Origin: a phage
Reading direction: 5' to 3' (one strand)
DNA: 541 bases
Sequence record: EF517045.1
Below, in pieces: positions 1 to 541 of this stretch (position 1 is the first letter of the stretch; each line of letters begins with the position of its first letter). The notes below the pieces were generated by a model. It was not told where the DNA came from. It ran no database searches and saw nothing but the letters and a program-made list of their open reading frames with translations. The position numbers and the translations under genes were made by a program.

Positions 1-292
1 TACTGTGGAGGCAGGACGAGATGAGATGGCTGTAGGCTCTCACGCTAAGGGTTACAACCACAACTCTATCGGCGTCTGCCTTGTTGGTGGTATCAACGAT
101 AAAGGTAAGTTCGACGCTAACTTTACGCCAGCCCAAATGCAATCCCTTCGCTCACTGCTTGTCACACTGCTGGCTAAGTACGAAGGCGCTGTGCTTCGCG
201 CCCATCATGAGATAGCGCCGAAGGCTTGCCCTTCGTTCGACCTTAAGCGTTGGTGGGAGAAGAACGAACTGGTCACTTCTGATCGTGGATAA
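1..292 (+). CDS. 3.5: T7-type lysozyme / N-acetylmuramoyl-L-alanine amidase (gp3.5), C-terminal part; 5' end lies upstream of the window
   Basis: ORF track 5..292 (95 aa); the frame is open back to position 2, so the GTG at 5 is an internal Val codon, not a start. The translation ...EAGRDEMAVGSHAKGYNHNSIGVCLVGG...LRAHHEIAPKACPSFDLKRWWEKNELVTSDRG is near-identical to my recollection of the C-terminal two thirds of phage T7 lysozyme (Amidase_2/PGRP fold). The AHHE..PKAC segment carries the equivalents of zinc ligand His122 (203-205), catalytic Lys128 (221-223) and zinc ligand Cys130 (227-229). TAA stop at 290-292. Confidence 0.93.
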   Translation, partial: TVEAGRDEMAVGSHAKGYNHNSIGVCLVGGINDKGKFDANFTPAQMQSLRSLLVTLLAKYEGAVLRAHHEIAPKACPSFDLKRWWEKNELVTSDRG

Positions 293-293
293 T

Positions 294-316
294 TAATTGA
301 ACTCACTAAAGGGAGA
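294..316 (+). promoter_or_regulatory. T7 RNA polymerase promoter, class II (phi3.8-type); predicted transcription start at G311
   Basis: TAATTGAACTCACTAAAGGGAGA aligns without gaps to the 23-nt T7 consensus TAATACGACTCACTATAGGGAGA (-17 to +6), with mismatches only at -13, -12, -11 and -2. The -9 to -3 core CTCACTA and the +1 to +6 GGGAGA are intact. It starts 2 nt after the gene 3.5 stop, and +1 is 45 nt upstream of the next ATG, which fits the phi3.8 arrangement in T7 as I recall it. Confidence 0.85.
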
Positions 317-331
317 CCACAGCGGTTTCCC
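311..331 (+). other. Predicted RNA stem-loop at the 5' end of the phi3.8 transcript (8-bp stem, 5-nt loop)
   Basis: GGGAGACC (311-318) can pair with GGTTTCCC (324-331) around loop ACAGC (319-323): three G-C pairs at the base, then A-U, G-U, A-U, C-G, C-G. Hand-folded only; no energy was computed. Confidence 0.4.
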
Positions 332-343
332 TTTGTTCGCATT

Positions 344-349
344 GAAGGT
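344..349 (+). promoter_or_regulatory. Shine-Dalgarno / ribosome-binding site for gene 3.8
   Basis: GAAGGT at 344-349, followed by a 6-nt spacer (CAAATA) and the ATG at 356-358; purine-rich and complementary to the 16S rRNA 3' end at canonical spacing. Confidence 0.6.
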
Positions 350-355
350 CAAATA

Positions 356-541
356 ATGCGCAAGTCTTATAAACAATTCTATAAGGCTTCGAGGAGACAT
401 ATCCAAGTGTGAAAGGCAGCCAATGGACCTATACCAAAAGGTTATTATATAGACCACATTGACGGCAATCCACTCAACGACGCCTTAGACAATCTCCATC
501 TGGCTCTCCCAAAAGAAAACTCATGGAATATGAAGACTCCA
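356..541 (+). pseudogene. 3.8: Gene 3.8 homologue (small HNH-endonuclease-like protein) interrupted by an in-frame TGA at 410-412; HNH motif still encoded downstream in the same frame; 3' end beyond the window
   Basis: ATG 356 with SD, then MRKSYKQFYKASRRHIQV followed by TGA (410-412). The same frame continues without further stops to position 541 as KAANGPIPKGYYIDHIDGNPLNDALDNLHLALPKENSWNMKTP, which contains the HNH signature (His 455-457 in DHIDGN, Asn 467-469, NL 491-496, EN 515-520). Both other + frames hit stops soon after 410. HNH_3-type phage proteins normally have Trp-Glu where this sequence has stop-Lys. The pseudogene call assumes the TGA is real and not a sequencing error. Confidence 0.6.

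Noticed and set aside
5-7. GTG at 5-7 reported as the start (M) of the 95-aa ORF
   Set aside because: The frame is open upstream to the window edge and the protein matches the interior of T7-type lysozyme (the residue here is Val), so this is a window-edge artefact; the real start lies upstream.
288-300. AT-rich ATAATTAATTGA resembling a sigma70 -10 element
   Set aside because: It is the upstream (-17 to -11) part of the T7-type promoter and has no convincing -35 partner at appropriate spacing; host RNAP promoters are not expected in this part of a T7-like genome.
311-337. Hairpin plus UUUGUU as a rho-independent terminator ending gene 3.5 transcription
   Set aside because: The stem overlaps the promoter +1 region, the U tract is short and interrupted, and T7 middle genes are transcribed by T7 RNAP, which ignores most host-type terminators. 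Better explained as a 5' leader structure.
365-385. Short inverted repeat CTTATA (365-370) / TATAAG (380-385) within the start of gene 3.8
   Set aside because: Only 6 bp, AT-rich and inside coding sequence; expected by chance and there is no supporting evidence for an operator or recombination site.
530-541. ATG at 530-532 as an alternative start rescuing gene 3.8
   Set aside because: No Shine-Dalgarno precedes it, and it lies downstream of the HNH motif, so any product would lack the catalytic core; it is an internal Met codon.
1-541. Minus-strand coding, tRNA/ncRNA genes, CRISPR repeats or mobile-element termini
   Set aside because: The six-frame track shows no minus-strand ORF, and I see no cloverleaf-compatible sequence, no repeated spacer-repeat units and no terminal inverted repeats; the + strand phage genes and promoter account for the whole window.

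Overview
This window reads as the gene 3.5 / gene 3.8 junction of a T7-like coliphage (Teseptimavirus), all on the + strand. Positions 1-292 encode the C-terminal ~96 residues of T7-type lysozyme (N-acetylmuramoyl-L-alanine amidase, also the T7 RNA polymerase inhibitor), with the zinc-ligand and catalytic residues intact. Immediately after its TAA stop sits a 23-nt phage promoter (294-316) matching the T7 class II phi3.8 promoter, followed by a short leader that can fold into a hairpin, a Shine-Dalgarno (GAAGGT) and an ATG at 356. That ATG opens the gene 3.8 homologue (small HNH-endonuclease-like protein), but the frame is interrupted after 18 codons by an in-frame TGA (410-412). This falls where HNH family members carry a conserved Trp-Glu pair; the window has TGA-AAG. 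Downstream, the same frame stays open to the window edge and still encodes a recognisable HNH motif, while both other + frames hit stops. The most notable content is therefore a very recently inactivated, or readthrough-dependent, HNH endonuclease gene. From memory, the differences from reference T7 all look like G:C->A:T transitions, which would suggest a mutagenised or mutation-accumulation T7 derivative; this needs an alignment I cannot run. No RNA genes, CRISPR arrays, mobile-element ends or minus-strand coding are supportable here.
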